Source: Eledone cirrhosa (Eukaryota). From it: a DNA stretch of 64,000 bases. The first letter of the stretch is position 1, and each line of letters begins with the position of its first letter. The DNA lies in contig OZ024752.1 in the NCBI GenBank assembly GCA_964016885.1, positions 25,916,001 through 25,980,000 on the forward strand, given 5' to 3'. The position numbers and the translations under genes were made by a program. A model generated the notes under the pieces. It was given only the letters and a program-made list of their open reading frames with translations. It was not told the origin of the DNA and ran no database searches. Of this stretch, positions 1 to 17,899 are shown piece after piece.

Positions 1-3000
1 GCTAATAACACTACCTACGACAACTATAACAACACCACCATCAACACCATAGCTAATAACACTACCTACGACAACTATAACAACACCACCATCAACATCA
101 TAGCTAATAACACTACCTACGACAACTATAACACCACCACCATCAACACCATAGCTAATAACACTACCAACGACAACTATAATAACACCACCATCAACAC
201 CATAACTAATAACACTACCCACGACAACTATAACAACAACACCATAGCTAGTAACACTACCAACGACAACTATAACACCACCACCATCAACATCATAGCT
301 AATAACACTAGCCTACGACAACTATAATAACACCACCATCAACACCATAGCTAATAACACTACCAACGACAACTATAACATCACCACCATCAACACCATA
401 GCTAATTACACTTCCAACGATAACTATAACACCACCATCAACACCATAGCTAATAACACTACCTACGACAACTATAACACCACCACCATCAACATCATAG
501 CTAATAACACTACCAACGACAACTATAACACCACCATCATCAACACCATAGATAATAACAATACCAACGACAACTTTAACACCACCACCATCAACATAAT
601 AGCTAATAACACTACCAACGACAACTATAACACCACCACCATCAACACCATAGCTAATAACACAACCAACGACAACTATAACAACACCAACATCAACACC
701 ATAGCTTATAACGCTACCTACGACAACTATAACACCACCATCAACACCATAGCTAATAACACTACCAACGACAACTATAACACCACCACCATCAACATTA
801 TATCTAATAACACTACCTACGACAACTATAATAACACCACCATCAACACCATAGCTAATAATACTACCTACGACAACTCTAACATGACCACCATCAACAC
901 CATAGCTAATAACACTACCTACGACAACTATAACAACACCACCATCAACAACATAGCTAATAATACTACCTACCTCAACTATAACATCACCACCATCAAC
1001 ACCATAGCTAATAACACTACCTACGACAACTATAACAACACCACCATCAACATCATAGCTAATAACACTACCTACGACAACTATAACAACACCACCATCA
1101 ACAGCATAGCTAATAACACTACCTACGACAACTATAACAACACCACCATCAACACCATAGCTAATAATACTACCTACGACAACTATAACATCACCACCAT
1201 CAACATCATAGCTAATAACACTTCCTACGAGAACTATAACACCACCAACATCAACACCATAGCTTATAACACTACCTACGACAACTACAACAACACCACC
1301 ATCAACATCATAGCTTATAACACTACCAACGACAACTATAACACCACCACCATCAACACCATAGCTAATAACACTACATACGACAACTATAACAACAACA
1401 CCATAGGTAATAACACTACCTACGACAACTATAACACCACCACCATCAACACCATGGCTAATAACACTACCAACGACAACTATAACAACACAACCATCAA
1501 CACCATAGCTAATAACACTACCTACACTACCTACGACAACTATAACAACACCAGAATCAACACCATAGCTAATAACACTACCAACGACAACTATAACACC
1601 ACCACCATCAACACCATAGATAATAACACTACCTACGACAGCTATAACACCACCACCATCAACACCATAGCTAATAACACTACCTACGACAACTATAACA
1701 ACACCAACATCAACACCATAGCTAATAAAACTACCTACGATAACTGTAACAACACCACCATCAACACCATAGCTAATAACACTACCAACGACAACTATAA
1801 CACCACCACCATCAACACCATAGCTAATAACACTACCTACGACAACTATAACACCACCAACATCTACACCATAGCTAATAACACTACCTACGATAACTGT
1901 AACAACACCACCATCAACATCATAGCTAATAACACTACCAACGGCAACTATAACACCACCATCATCAACACCATAGCTAATAACACTACCTACGACAACT
2001 ATAACAACAACACCATAGCTAATAACACTACCTACGACAACTATAACACCACCACTATCAACACCATGGCTAATAACACTACCTACAACAACTATAACAA
2101 CACCACCATCAACACCATAGCTAAGAAGACTACCTACGACAACTATAACAACACCAGAATCAAAACCATAGCTAATAACACTACCAACGACAACTATAAC
2201 ACCACCACCATCAACACCATGGCTAATGACACTACCAACGACAACTATAACAACACAACAATCAACACCATAGCTAATAACACTACCTACGACAACTATA
2301 ACAATAACACCATAGCTAATAACAATACCAACGACAACTATAACAACACCACCGTCAACACCATAGCTAATAACACTAGCCTACGACAACTATAACAGCA
2401 CCACAATCAACATCATATCTAATAACACTAGCCTACGACAACTCTAATAACACCACCATCAACACCATAGCTAATAACACTACCAACGACAACTATAACA
2501 ACACCACCATCAACACTAGCTAATAACACTACCTACGACAACTATAATAACACCACCATCAACACCATAGCTAATAACACTACCTACGGCAACTATAACA
2601 ACACCACCATCAACATCGTAGCTAATAACACTACCTACGACAACTATAACACGACCACCATCAACACCATAGCTAATAACACTACCAACGACAACTATAA
2701 CAACACCACCATCAACACTAGCTAATAACACTACCTACGACAACTATAATAACACAGCCATCAACACCATAGCTAGTAACACTACCTACGACAAATATAA
2801 CAACACCACCTTCAACACCATAGCTAATAACACTACCTACGACAACTATAACAACACCACCATCAACATCGTAGCTAATAACACTACCTACGACAACTAT
2901 AACACGACCACCATCAACACCATAGCTAATAACACTACCAACGACAACTATAATAACAACACCATCAACACCATAACTAATAACACTACCCATGACAACT

Positions 3001-6000
3001 ATAACAACAACACCATAGCTAATAACACTACCAAAGACAACTATAACACCACCACCATCAACATTATAGCTAATAACACTACCTACGACAAGTATAACAA
3101 CACCACCATCAACACCATAGCTAATAATACTACCTACGACAATTATAATATCACAACCATCAATAACATAGCTAATAATACTACCTACGACAACTATAAC
3201 ACCACCAACATGAACACCATAGCTTATAACACTACCTACGACAACTATAACAACACCACCATCAACATCATAGCTAATAACACTACCTACGACAACTATA
3301 ACAACACCACCATCAACACCATAGCTAATAATACTACCTACGACAACTATAACATCACCACCATCAACAACATAGCTAATAACACTACCTACGACAACTA
3401 CACAAACATCAACACCATAGCTTATAACACTACCTACGACAACTATAACATCACCACCATCAACACCATAGCTAATAACTCTACCTACGACAACTATAAC
3501 AACACCACCATCAACACCATAGCTAATAACACTACCTACGACAACTATAACACCACCACCATCAACACCATAGCTAATAACACTACCTACGACAACTATA
3601 ACACCACCACCATCAACACCTTAGCTAATAACACTACCTACGACAACTATAACAACACCACCATCAACACCATAGCTAATAATACTACCTACGACAACTA
3701 TAACATCACCACCATCAACATCATAGCTAATAACACTACCTACGACAACTATAACAACACCACCATCAACATCATAGCTAATAACACTACCTACGACATC
3801 TATAACAACACCACCATCAACACCATAGCTAATAATACTACCTAGGAAGACTATAACATCACCACCATCAACATCATAGCTAATAACACTACCAACGACA
3901 ACTATAACACCACCAACACCATAGATAATAACACTACCAACGACAACTATAACACCACCACCATCAACATCATAGCTAATAACACTACCAACGACAACTA
4001 TAACACCACCACCATCAACACCATAGCCAATAACACTACCTACGACAACTATAACACCACCACCATCAACATCATAGCTAATAACACTACCAAAGACAAC
4101 TATAACACCACCACCATCAACATCATAGCTAATAACACTACCAACGACAACTATAACATCACCACCATCAACATCATAGCTAATAACACTACCTACGACA
4201 ACTATAACAACACCACCATCAACATCATAGCTAATAACTCTACCTACGACAAATATAACAACACCACCATCAACACCATAGCTAATAATACTACCTACGA
4301 CAACTATAACATCACCACCATCAACACCATGGCTAATAACACTACCTACGGCAACTATAACAACACCAGAATCAACACCATAGCTAATAACACTACCAAC
4401 GACAACTATAACAACACCACCATCAACACCATAGCTTATAACACTACCAACGACAACTATAACACCACCACCATCAACACCATAGCTAATAACACTACCT
4501 ACGACAACTTTAACACCACCACCATCAACATCATAGCTAATAACACTACCAACGACAACTATAACACCAACACCATCAACATCATAGCTAATAACACTAC
4601 CAACGACAACTATAACACCACCACCATCAACACCATAGATAATAACACTACCAACGACAACTATAACACCACCACCACCATCAACATCATAGCTAATAAC
4701 ACTACCAACGACAACTATAACACCACCACCATCAACATCATAGCTAATAACACTACCTACGACAACTATAATAACACCACCATCAGCACCATAGCTAGTA
4801 ACACTACCTACGACAAATATAAAAACACCACCATCAACACCATAGTTAATAACACTACCTACGACAACTATAACTACACCACCATCAACATCATAGCTAA
4901 TAACACTACCTACGACAACTATAACACCACCACCATCAACACCATAGCTAATAACACTACCAACAACAACTATAATAACACCACGATCAACACCATAACT
5001 AATAACACTACCCACGACAAATATAACAACAACACCATAGCTAGTAACACTACCAACGACAACTATAACACCACCACCATCAACACCATAGCTAATAACA
5101 CTACCTACGACAACTATAACACCACCAACATCAACACCATAGCTAATAACACTACCTACGACAACTATAAAAACACCACCATCAACATCATAGCTTATAA
5201 CACTACCTACGACAACTATAACAACACCATAGCTAATAACACTACCTACGATAACTGTAACAACACCACCATCAACATCATAACTAAAAACACTACCAAC
5301 GACAACTATAACACCACCACTATCAACACCATAGCTAATAACACTACCTACGACAACTATAAGAACAACACCATAGCTAATAACAGGACCTACGACAACT
5401 ATAACACCACCACCATCAACACCATGGCTAATAACACTACCTACGACAACTATAACAACACCACCATCAACACCATAGCTAATAACACTACCTACGACAA
5501 CTATAACAACACCAGAATCAAAACCATAGCTAATAACACTACCAACGACAACTATAACACCACCACCATCAACACCATGGCTAATAACACTACCAACGAC
5601 AACTATAACAACACCACAATCAACACCATAGCTAATAACACTACCTACGACAACTATAACAACAACACTATAGCTAATAACAATACCAACGACAACTATA
5701 ACGACACCACCATCAACACCATAGCTAATAACACTAGCCTACGACAACTATAACAGCACCACAATCAACATCATAGCTAATAACACTACCTACGACAACT
5801 ATAATAACACCACCATCAACACCATAGCTAATAACACTACCTACGCCAACTATAATAACACCACCATCAACACCATAGCTAATAACACTACCTACGATAA
5901 CTATAACAACACCACCATCAACACCATAGCTAACAACACTACCTACGACAACTATAACAACACCACCATCAACATCATAGCTAATAACACAACCTACGAC

Positions 6001-9000
6001 AACTATAACACCACCACCATCAACACCATAGCTAATAACACTACCAACGACAACTATAATAACACCGCCTTCAACACCATAACTATTAACACTACCCACG
6101 ACAACTATAACAACAACACCATAGCTAGTAACACTACCAACGACAACTATAACACCACCACCATCAACACTATAGATAATAACACAACCTACGACAACTA
6201 TAACAACACCAGAATCAACACCATAGCTAATAACACTATCTACGACAACTATAACAACACCAGAATCAACACCATAGCTAATAACACTACCAACGACAAC
6301 TATAACAACACCAAAATCAAGATCATAGCTAATAACAATACCTACGTCAACTATAAGAACACCACCATCAACGTCATAGCTAATAACACTACCAACGACA
6401 ACTATAAAACCACCAACATCAACAACATAGCTTATAACACTACCTACGACAACTATAACAACACCACCATCAACATCATAGCTTATAACACTACCTACGA
6501 CAACTATAACACCCCCACCATCAACTCCATAGCTAATAACACTACCTACGACGATTATAACAACAAAACCATAGCTAATAACACTACCAACGACAACTAT
6601 AACAAAACCACCATCAACACCATGGCTAATAACACTACCAACGACAACTAATACATCACCACCATCAACACCATAGCTAATAACACTACCTACGACAACT
6701 ATAACACCACCACCATGAACACCAGAGCTAATAACACTACCAACGATAACTATAACACCACCATCAACACCATAGCTAATAACACTACATACGACAACTA
6801 TAACACCACCACCATCAACATCATAGCTAATAACACTACCAACGACAACTATAACACCACCACCATCAACACCATAGATAATAACAATACCAACGACAAC
6901 TATAACACCACCACCATCAACATCATAGCTAATAACACTACCAACGACAACTATAACACCACCACCATCAACACCATAGCTAATAACACAACCAACGACA
7001 ACTATAACAACACCAACATCAACACCATAGCTAATAACACTACCTACGACAACTATAACAACACCAGCATCAACACCATAGCTAATAACACTACCTACGA
7101 CAACTATAACAACACCACCATCAACATCATAGCTAATAACACTACCTACGACAACTATAACACCACCACCATCAACACCATAGCTAATAACACTACCAAC
7201 GACAACTATAATAACACCACCATCAACACCATAACTAATAACACTACCCACGACAACTATAACAACAACACCATAGCTAGTAACACTACCAACGACAACT
7301 ATAACACCACCACCATCAACATCATAGCTAATAACACTAGCCTACGACAACTATAATAACACCACCATCAACACCATAGCTAATAACACTACCAACGACA
7401 ACTATAACATCACCACCATCAACACCATAGCTAATTACACTACCAACGATAACTATAACACCACCATCAACACCATAGCTAATAACACTACCTACGACAA
7501 CTATAACACCACCACCATCAACATCATAGCTAATAACACTACCAACGACAACTATAACACCACCATCATCAACACCATAGATAATAACAATACCAACGAC
7601 AACTTTAACACCACCACCATCAACATAATAGCTAATAACACTACCAACGACAACTATAACACCACCACCATCAACACCATAGCTAATAACACAACCAACG
7701 ACAACTATAACAACACCAACATCAACACCATAGCTTATAACGCTACCTACGACAACTATAACACCACCATCAACACCATAGCTAATAACACTACCAACGA
7801 CAACTATAACACCACCACCATCAACATTATATCTAATAACACTACCTACGACAACTATAATAACACCACCATCAACACCATAGCTAATAATACTACCTAC
7901 GACAACTCTAACATGACCACCATCAACACCATAGCTAATAACACTACCTACGACAACTATAACAACACCACCATCAACAACATAGCTAATAATACTACCT
8001 ACCTCAACTATAACATCACCACCATCAACACCATAGCTAATAACACTACCTACGACAACTATAACAACACCACCATCAACATCATAGCTAATAACACTAC
8101 CTACGACAACTATAACAACACCACCATCAACAGTATAGCTAATAACACTACCTACGACAACTATAACAACACCACCATCAACACCATAGCTAATAATACT
8201 ACCTACGACAACTATAACATCACCACCATCAACATCATAGCTAATAACACTTCCTACGAGAACTATAACACCACCAACATCAACACCATAGCTTATAACA
8301 CTACCTACGACAACTACAACAACACCACCATCAACATCATAGCTTATAACACTACCAACGACAACTATAGCACCACCACCATCAACACCATAGCTAATAA
8401 CACTACATACGACAACTATAACAACAACACCATAGGTAATAACACTACCTACGACAACTATAACACCACCACCATCAACACCATGGCTAATAACACTACC
8501 TACGACAACTATAACAACACAACCATCAACACCATAGCTAATAACACTACCTACACTACCTACGACAACTATAACAACACCAGAATCAACACCATAGCTA
8601 ATAACACTACCAACGACAACTATAACACCACCACCATCAACACCATAGATAATAACACTACCTACGACAGCTATAACACCACCACCATCAACACCATAGC
8701 TAATAACACTACCTACGACAACTATAACAACACCAACATCAACACCATAGCTAATAAAACTACCTACGATAACTGTAACAACACCACCATCAACACCATA
8801 GTTAATAACACTACCAACGACAACTATAACACCACCACCATCAACACCATAGCTAATAACACTACCTACGACAACTATAACACCACCAACATCTACACCA
8901 TAGCTAATAACACTACCTACGATAACTGTAACAACACCACCATCAACATCATAGCTAATAACACTACCAACGGCAACTATAACACAACCATCATCAACAC

Positions 9001-12000
9001 CATAGCTAATAACACTACCTACGACAACTATAACAACAACACCATAGCTAATAACACTACCTACGACAACTATAACACCACCACTATCAACACCATGGCT
9101 AATAACACTACCTACAACAACTATAACAACACCACCATCAACACCATAGCTAAGAAGACTACCTACGACAACTATAACAACACCAGAATCAAAACCATAG
9201 CTAATAACACTACCAACGACAACTATAACACCACCACCATCAACACCATGGCTAATGACACTACCAACGACAACTATAACAACACCACAATCAACACCAT
9301 AGCTAATAACACTACCTACGACAACTATAACAATAACACCATAGCTAATAACAATACCAACGACAACTATAACAACACCACCGTCAACACCATAGCTAAT
9401 AACACTAGCCTACGACAACTATAACAGCACCACAATCAACATCATATCTAATAACACTAGCCTACGACAACTCTAATAACACCACCATCAACACCATAGC
9501 TAATAACACTACCAACGACAACTATAACAACACCACCATCAACACTAGCTAATAACACTACCTACGACAACTATAATAACACCACCATCAACACCATAGC
9601 TAATAACACTACCTACGGCAACTATAACAACACCACCATCAACATCGTAGCTAATAACACTACCTACGACAACTATAACACGACCACCATCAACACCATA
9701 GCTAATAACACTACCAACGACAACTATAACAACACCACCATCAACACTAGCTAATAACACTACCTACGACAACTATAATAACACAGCCATCAACACCATA
9801 GCTAGTAACACTACCTACGACAACTATAACAACACCACCTTCAACACCATAGCTAATAACACTACCTACGACAACTATAACAACACCACCATCAACATCG
9901 TAGCTAATAACACTACCTACGACAACTATAACACGACCACCATCAACACCATAGCTAATAACACTACCAACGACAACTATAATAACAACACCATCAACAC
10001 CATAACTAATAACACTACCCACGACAACTATAACAACAACACCATAGCTAATAACACTACCAACGACAACTATAACACCACCACCATCAACATTATAGCT
10101 AATAACACTACCTACGACAAGTATAACAACACCACCATCAACACCATAGCTAATAATACTACCTACGACAATTATAATATCACAACCATCAATATCATAG
10201 CTAATAATACTACCTACGACAACTATAACACCACCAACATGAACACCATAGCTTATAACACTACCTACGACAACTATAACAACACCACCATCAACATCAT
10301 AGCTAATAACACTACCTACGACATCTATAACAACACCACCATCAACACCATAGCTAATAATACTACCTACGACAACTATAACATCACCACCATCAACACC
10401 ATAGCTAATAACACTACCTACGACAACTACACAAACATCAACACCATAGCTTATAACACTACCTACGACAACTATAACATCACCACCATCCACACCATAG
10501 CTAATAACTCTACCTACGACAACTATAACAACACCACCATCAACACCATAGCTAATAACACTACCTACGACAACTATAACACCACCACCATCAACACCAT
10601 AGCTAATAACACTACCTACGACAACTATAACACCACCACCATCAACACCTTAGCTAATAACACTACCTACGACAACTATAACAACACCACCATCAACACC
10701 ATAGCTAATAATACTACCTACGACAACTATAACATCACCACCATCAACATCATAGCTAATAACACTACCTACGACAACTATAACAACACCACCATCAACA
10801 TCATAGCTAATAACACTACCTACGACATCTATAACAACACCACCATCAACACCATAGCTAATAATACTACCTAGGAAGACTATAACATCACCACCATCAA
10901 CATCATAGCTAATAACACTACCAACGACAACTATAACACCACCAACACCATAGATAATAACACTACCAACGACAACTATAACACCACCACCATCAACATC
11001 ATAGCTAATAACACTACCAACGACAACTATAACACCACCACCATCAACACCATAGCCAATAACACTACCTACGACAACTATAACACCACCACCATCAACA
11101 TCATAGCTAATAACACTACCAAAGACAACTATAACACCACCACCATCAACATCATAGCTAATAACACTACCAACGACAACTATAACATCACCACCATCAA
11201 CACCATGGCTAATAACACTACCTACGGCAACTATAACAACACCAGAATCAACACCATAGCTAATAACACTACCAACGACAACTATAACAACACCACCATC
11301 AACACCATAGCTTATAACACTACCAACGACAACTATAACACCACCACCATCAACACCATAGCTAATAACACTACCTACGACAACTTTAACACCACCACCA
11401 TCAACATCATAGCTAATAACACTACCAACGACAACTATAACACCAACACCATCAACATCATAGCTAATAACACTACCAACGACAACTATAACACCACCAC
11501 CATCAACACCATAGATAATAACACTACCAACGACAACTATAACACCACCACCACCATCAACATCATAGCTAATAACACTACCAACGACAACTATAACACC
11601 ACCACCATCAACATCATAGCTAATAACACTACCAACGACAACTATAACACCACCACCATCAACATCATAGCTAATAACACTACCAACGACAACTATAACA
11701 ACACCACCATCAACATCATAGCTTATAACACTACCAACGACAACTATAACACCACCACCATCAACATCATAGCTTATAACACTACCTACGACAACTATAA
11801 CACCACCACCATCAACACCATAGCTTACAACACTACCTACGACAACTATAACACCACCACGATCAACACCATAGCTAATAACACTACCTACTATAGCTGT
11901 AGCAACACCACCATCAACACCATAGCTAATAACCCTACCAATGACAACTATAGCACCACCACCATCAACACCATAGCTAATAACACTACCTACGACAACT

Positions 12001-15000
12001 ATAACAACAACACCATAGCTAATAACACTACCTATTACAACTATAACAAAACCATAGCTAATAACACTACCTACGACAACTCTAACACCACCACCATCAA
12101 CACCATGGCTAATAACACTACCTACGACAACTATAACACCACCACCATCAACACCATAGCTAATAACACTACCTACGACAACTATAACAAAACCATAGCT
12201 AATAACACTACCTACGACAACTATAACACCACCACCATCAACACCATGGCTAATAACACTACCTACGACAACTATAACACCTCCACCATCAACACCAAGG
12301 CTAATAACACTACCTACGACAACTATAACAACACCACCTTCAACACCATAGCTAATAATACTACCTACGACAACTATAAGATCACCACCATCAACATCAT
12401 AGCTAATAACACTACCTACGACAACTATAACAACACCACCATCAACATCATAGCTAATAACACTACCTACGACAACTATAACAACACCACCATCAACACC
12501 ATAGCTAATAATACTACCTAGGAAGCCAATAACATCACCACCATCAACATCATAGCTAATAACATTACCAACGACAACTATAACACCACCAACACCAACA
12601 CCATAGATAATAACACTACCAACGACAACTATAACACCACCACCATCAACATCATAGCTAATAACACTACCAACGACAACTATAACACCACCACCATCAA
12701 CACCATAGCTAATAACACTACCAACGACAACTATAACAACACCAACATCAACACCATAGCTAATAACACTACATACGACAACTATAACACCACCACCATC
12801 AACACCATAGCTAATAACACTACCTACGACAACTATAACATCACCACCATCAACACCATAGCCAATAACACTACCTACGACAACTATAACATCACCACCA
12901 TCAACATCATAGCTAATAACTCTACCTACGACAACTATAACAACACCACCATCAACACCATAGCTAATAATACTACCTACGACAACTATAACATCACCAC
13001 CATCAACACCATGGCTAATAACACTACCTACGGCAACTATAACAACACCAGAATCAACACCATAGCTAATAACACTACCAACAACAACTATAACAACACC
13101 ACCATCAACACCATAGCTAATAACACTACCAACAACAACTATAACAACTCCACCATCAACACCATAGCTTATAACACTACCAACGACAACTATAACCTCA
13201 CCACCATCAACACCATAGCTAATAACACTACCAACAACAACTATAACAACACCACCATCAACACCATAGCTTATAACACTACCAACGACAACTATAACAC
13301 CACCACCATCAACACCATAGCTAATAACACTACCAACGACAACTATAACACCACCACCATCAACACCATAGCTAATAACACTACCTACGACAACTATAAC
13401 ACCACCACCATCAACACCATAGATAATAACACTACCTACGACAACTATAACACCACCACCATCAACACCATAGCTAATAACACTACCAACGACAACTATA
13501 ACACCACCACCATCAACACCATAGCTAATAACACTACCTACGACAACTATAACATCACCACCATCAACACCATAGCTAATAACACTACCTACGACAACTA
13601 TAACACCACCACCTTCAACACCATAGCTAATAACACTACCAACGACAACTAGAACAACACCACCATCAACACCATAGCTAATAACACTACCTACGACAAC
13701 TATCACACCACCACCATCAACACCATAGCTAATAACACTACCAACAACAACTATAACAACACCACCATCAACACCATAGCTTATAACACTACCAACGACA
13801 ACTATAACATCACCACCATCAACACCATAGCTAATAACACTACCAACAACAACTATAACAACACCACCATCAACACCATAGCTTATAACACTACCAACGA
13901 CAACTATAACACTACCACCATCAACACCATAGCTAATAACACTACCAACGACAACTATAACACCACCACCATCAACACCATAGCTAATAACACTACCTAC
14001 GACAACTATAACACCACCACCATCAACACCATAACTAATAACACTACCAACGACAACTATAACACCACCACCATCAACACCATAGATAATAACACTACCT
14101 ACGACAACTATAACACCACCACCATCAACACCATAGCTAATAACACTACCAACGACAACTATAACACCACCACCATCAACACCATAGCTAATAACACTAC
14201 CTACGACAACTATAACATCACCACCATCAACACCATAGCTAATAACACTACCTACGACAACTATAACACCACCACCTTCAACACCATAGCTAATAACACT
14301 ACCAACGACAACTAGAACAACACCATCATCAACACCATAGCTTATAACACTACCAATGACAACTATAACACCACCACCATCAACACCATAGCTAATAACA
14401 CTACCTACGACAACTATAACACCACCACCATCAACATCATAGCTAATAACACTACCAACGACAACTATAACACCAACACCATCAACATCATAGCTAATAA
14501 CACTACCAACGACAACTATAACACCACCACCATCAACACCATAGATAATAACACTACCAACGACAACTATAACACCACCACCATCAACATCATAGCTAAT
14601 AATACTACCAACGACAACTATAACACCACCAACATCAACATCATAGCTAATAACACTACCAACGACAACTATAACAACACCACCATCAACATCATAGCTT
14701 ATAACACTACCAACGACAACTATAACACCACCAGCATCAACATCATAGCTTATAACACTACCTACGACAACTATAACACCACCACCATCAACACCATAGC
14801 TAATAACACTACCTACTATAGCTGTAGCAACACCACCATCAACACCATAGCTAATAACCCTACCAACGACAACTATACCACCACCACCATCAACACCATA
14901 GCTAATAACACTACCTACGACAACTATAAGAACAACACCATAGCTAATAACACTACCTACGACAACTATAACAAAACCATAGCTAATAACACTACCTACG

Positions 15001-17590
15001 ACAACTCTAACACCACCACCATCAACACCATGGCTAATAACACTACCTACGACAACTATAACACCACCACCATCAACACCATAGCTAATAACACTACCTA
15101 CGACAACTATAACAACAACACCATAGCTAATAACACTACCTACGACAACTATAACACCACAACCATCAACACCATGGCTAATAACACTACCTACGACAAC
15201 TATAACACCTCCACCATCAACACCATAGCTAATAACACTACCAACGACAACTATAACACCACCACCATCAACACCATAGCTAATAACACTACCTACGACA
15301 ACTATAACACCACCACCATCAACATCATAGCTAATAACACTACCAACGACAACTATAACACCACCACCATCAACACCATAGCTAATAACACTACCAACAA
15401 CAACTATAACAACACCACCATCAACACCATAGCTTATAACACTACCAACGACAACTATAACATCAACACCATCAACACCATAGCTAATAACACTACCTAC
15501 GACAACTATAACACCACCACCTTCAACACCATAGCTAATAACACTACCAACGACAACTATAACATCACCACCATCAACACCATAGCTAATAACACTACCA
15601 ACAACAACTATAACAACACCACCATCAACACCATAGCTTATAACACTACCAACGACAACTATAACACCACCACCATCAACACCATAGCTAATAACACTAC
15701 CAACGACAACTATAACACCACCACCATCAACACCATAGCTAATAACACTACCTACGACAACTATAACACCACCACCATCAACACCATAGCTAATAACACT
15801 ACCTACGACAACTATAACACCACCACCATCAACACCATAGCTTATAACACTACCAACGACAACTATAACACCACCACCATCAACACCATATCTAATAACA
15901 CTACCAACGACAACTAGAACAACACCACCATCAACACCATAGCTTATAACACTACCAACGACAACTATAACACCACCACCATCAACACCATAGCTAATAA
16001 CACTACCTACGACAACTATAACACCACCACCATCAACATCATAGCTAATAACACTACCTACGACAACTATAACATCGCCACCATCAACACCATAGCTAAT
16101 AACACTACCAACGACAACTATAACAACACCACCATCAACACCATAGCTAATAACACTACCAACGATAACTGTAACACCACCAACATCAACACCATAGCTA
16201 ATAACACTACCAACGACAACTATAACACCACCACCATCAACACAATAGCTAATAACACTACCAACGATAACTGTAACACCACCACCATCAACACCATAGC
16301 TAATAACACTACCTACGACAACTATAACACCACCACCTTCAACACCATAGCTAATAACACTACCAACGACAACTATAACACCACCACCATCAACATCATA
16401 GCTAATAACACTATCTACGACAACTATAACATCACCACCATCAACACCATAGCTAATAACACTACCAACGACAACTATAACATCACCACCATCAACACCA
16501 TAGCTAATAACACTACCAACGACAACTATAACAACACCACCATCAACACCATAGCTAATAACACTACCTACGACAACTTTAACAACACCACCATCAACAC
16601 CATAGCTAATAACACTACCAACGACAACTATAACACCACCACCATCAACACCATAGCTAATAACACTACCTACGACAACTATAACAACGCCAGAATCAAC
16701 ACCATAGCTAATAACACTACCTACGACAACTATAACATCACCACCATCAACATCATAGCTAATAACACTACCAACGACAACTATAACAACAGTACCATCA
16801 ACACCATAGCTAATAACACTACCTACGACAACTAAAACATCACCACCATCAACACCATAGCTAATAACGCTACCAACGATAACTGTTACAACACCACCAT
16901 CAACACCATAGCTAATAACACTACCTACGACAACTATAACATCGCGACCATCAACACCATAGCTAATAACACTACCAACGACAACTATAACAACACCACC
17001 ATCTACACCATAGCTAATAACACTACCAACGATAACTGTAACACCACCAACATCAACACCATAGCTAATAACACTACCAACGACAACTATAACACCACCA
17101 CCATCAACACAATAGCTAATAACACTACCAACGATAACTGTAACACCACCACCATCAACACCATAGCTAATAACACTACCTACGACAACTATAACGTCAC
17201 CACCATCAACACCATAGTTAATAACACTACCAACGACAACTATAACACCACCACCATCAACACCATAGCTAATAACACTACCTACGACAACTATAACATC
17301 ACCTCCATCAACACCATAGCTAATAACACTACCTACGACAACTATAACAACAACACCATAGCTAATAACACTACCAACGACAACTATAACAACACCAACA
17401 TCAACACCATAGCTAATAACACTACCAACGACAACTATAACATCACCACCATCAACACCATAGCTAATAACACTACCAACGACAACTATAACAACACCAC
17501 CATCAACACCATAGCTAATAACACTACCTACGACAACTATAACAACACCACCATCAACACTATAGCTAATAACACTACCTACGACAAACA
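1..17590. repeat. 51-bp minisatellite array (about 350 units) with shorter variants and higher-order duplications
   Basis: Unit gctaataacactacc(t/a)acgacaactataac(a/c)acaccaccatcaaca(c/t)cata repeats head-to-tail from the window start to ~17587. Most indels are multiples of 3. The array runs off the left edge. Confidence 0.97.
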
Positions 17591-17609
17591 TCATGACCAC
17601 TTCTAACTA

Positions 17610-17866
17610 AAAAAAAAAAGTCTGTCTTAAGTCAGAAAGCTCATTCGGCCGGTGCTTATCCCGGTTTCATGGCGTGAAGCGACTGAGAGTACAAGACTTC
17701 CCCCTGGACAGGACGCCACTCCTTCGCAGGATTAAACCTCCATCTAGCTGAATATACTGGAGCAACGTGAAATGAAATGTTTTGCTCAAGAACACAACAC
17801 GCAACCCAGGAATCGAGCCCACGACATTATGATCGTAAGTCCAACACCACTAGGCCACGTGCCTCC
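17610..17866 (-). mobile_element. tRNA-derived SINE with 14-bp TSD
   Basis: Minus strand begins GGAGGCACGTGGCCTAGTGG (A box), has GGCTCGATTCC (B-box-like) and ends ...AGACAGAC(T)10. It is flanked by the direct repeat accacttctaacta at 17596-17609 and 17867-17880. Confidence 0.88.
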
Positions 17867-17899
17867 ACCACTTCTAACTATAAGGACAATAATACCACT

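Noticed and set aside
1-17590. CRISPR-like periodicity
   Set aside because: No unique spacers, no cas genes, and a eukaryotic context.
10650-17600. 2316-aa minus-strand V/G-rich ORF, and N/T-rich plus-strand ORFs full of N-glycosylation sequons
   Set aside because: The 51-bp unit is a multiple of 3 and only one codon in that frame is one step from a stop, so a long ORF is expected. The plus frame is broken by stops and +1/-1 indels.
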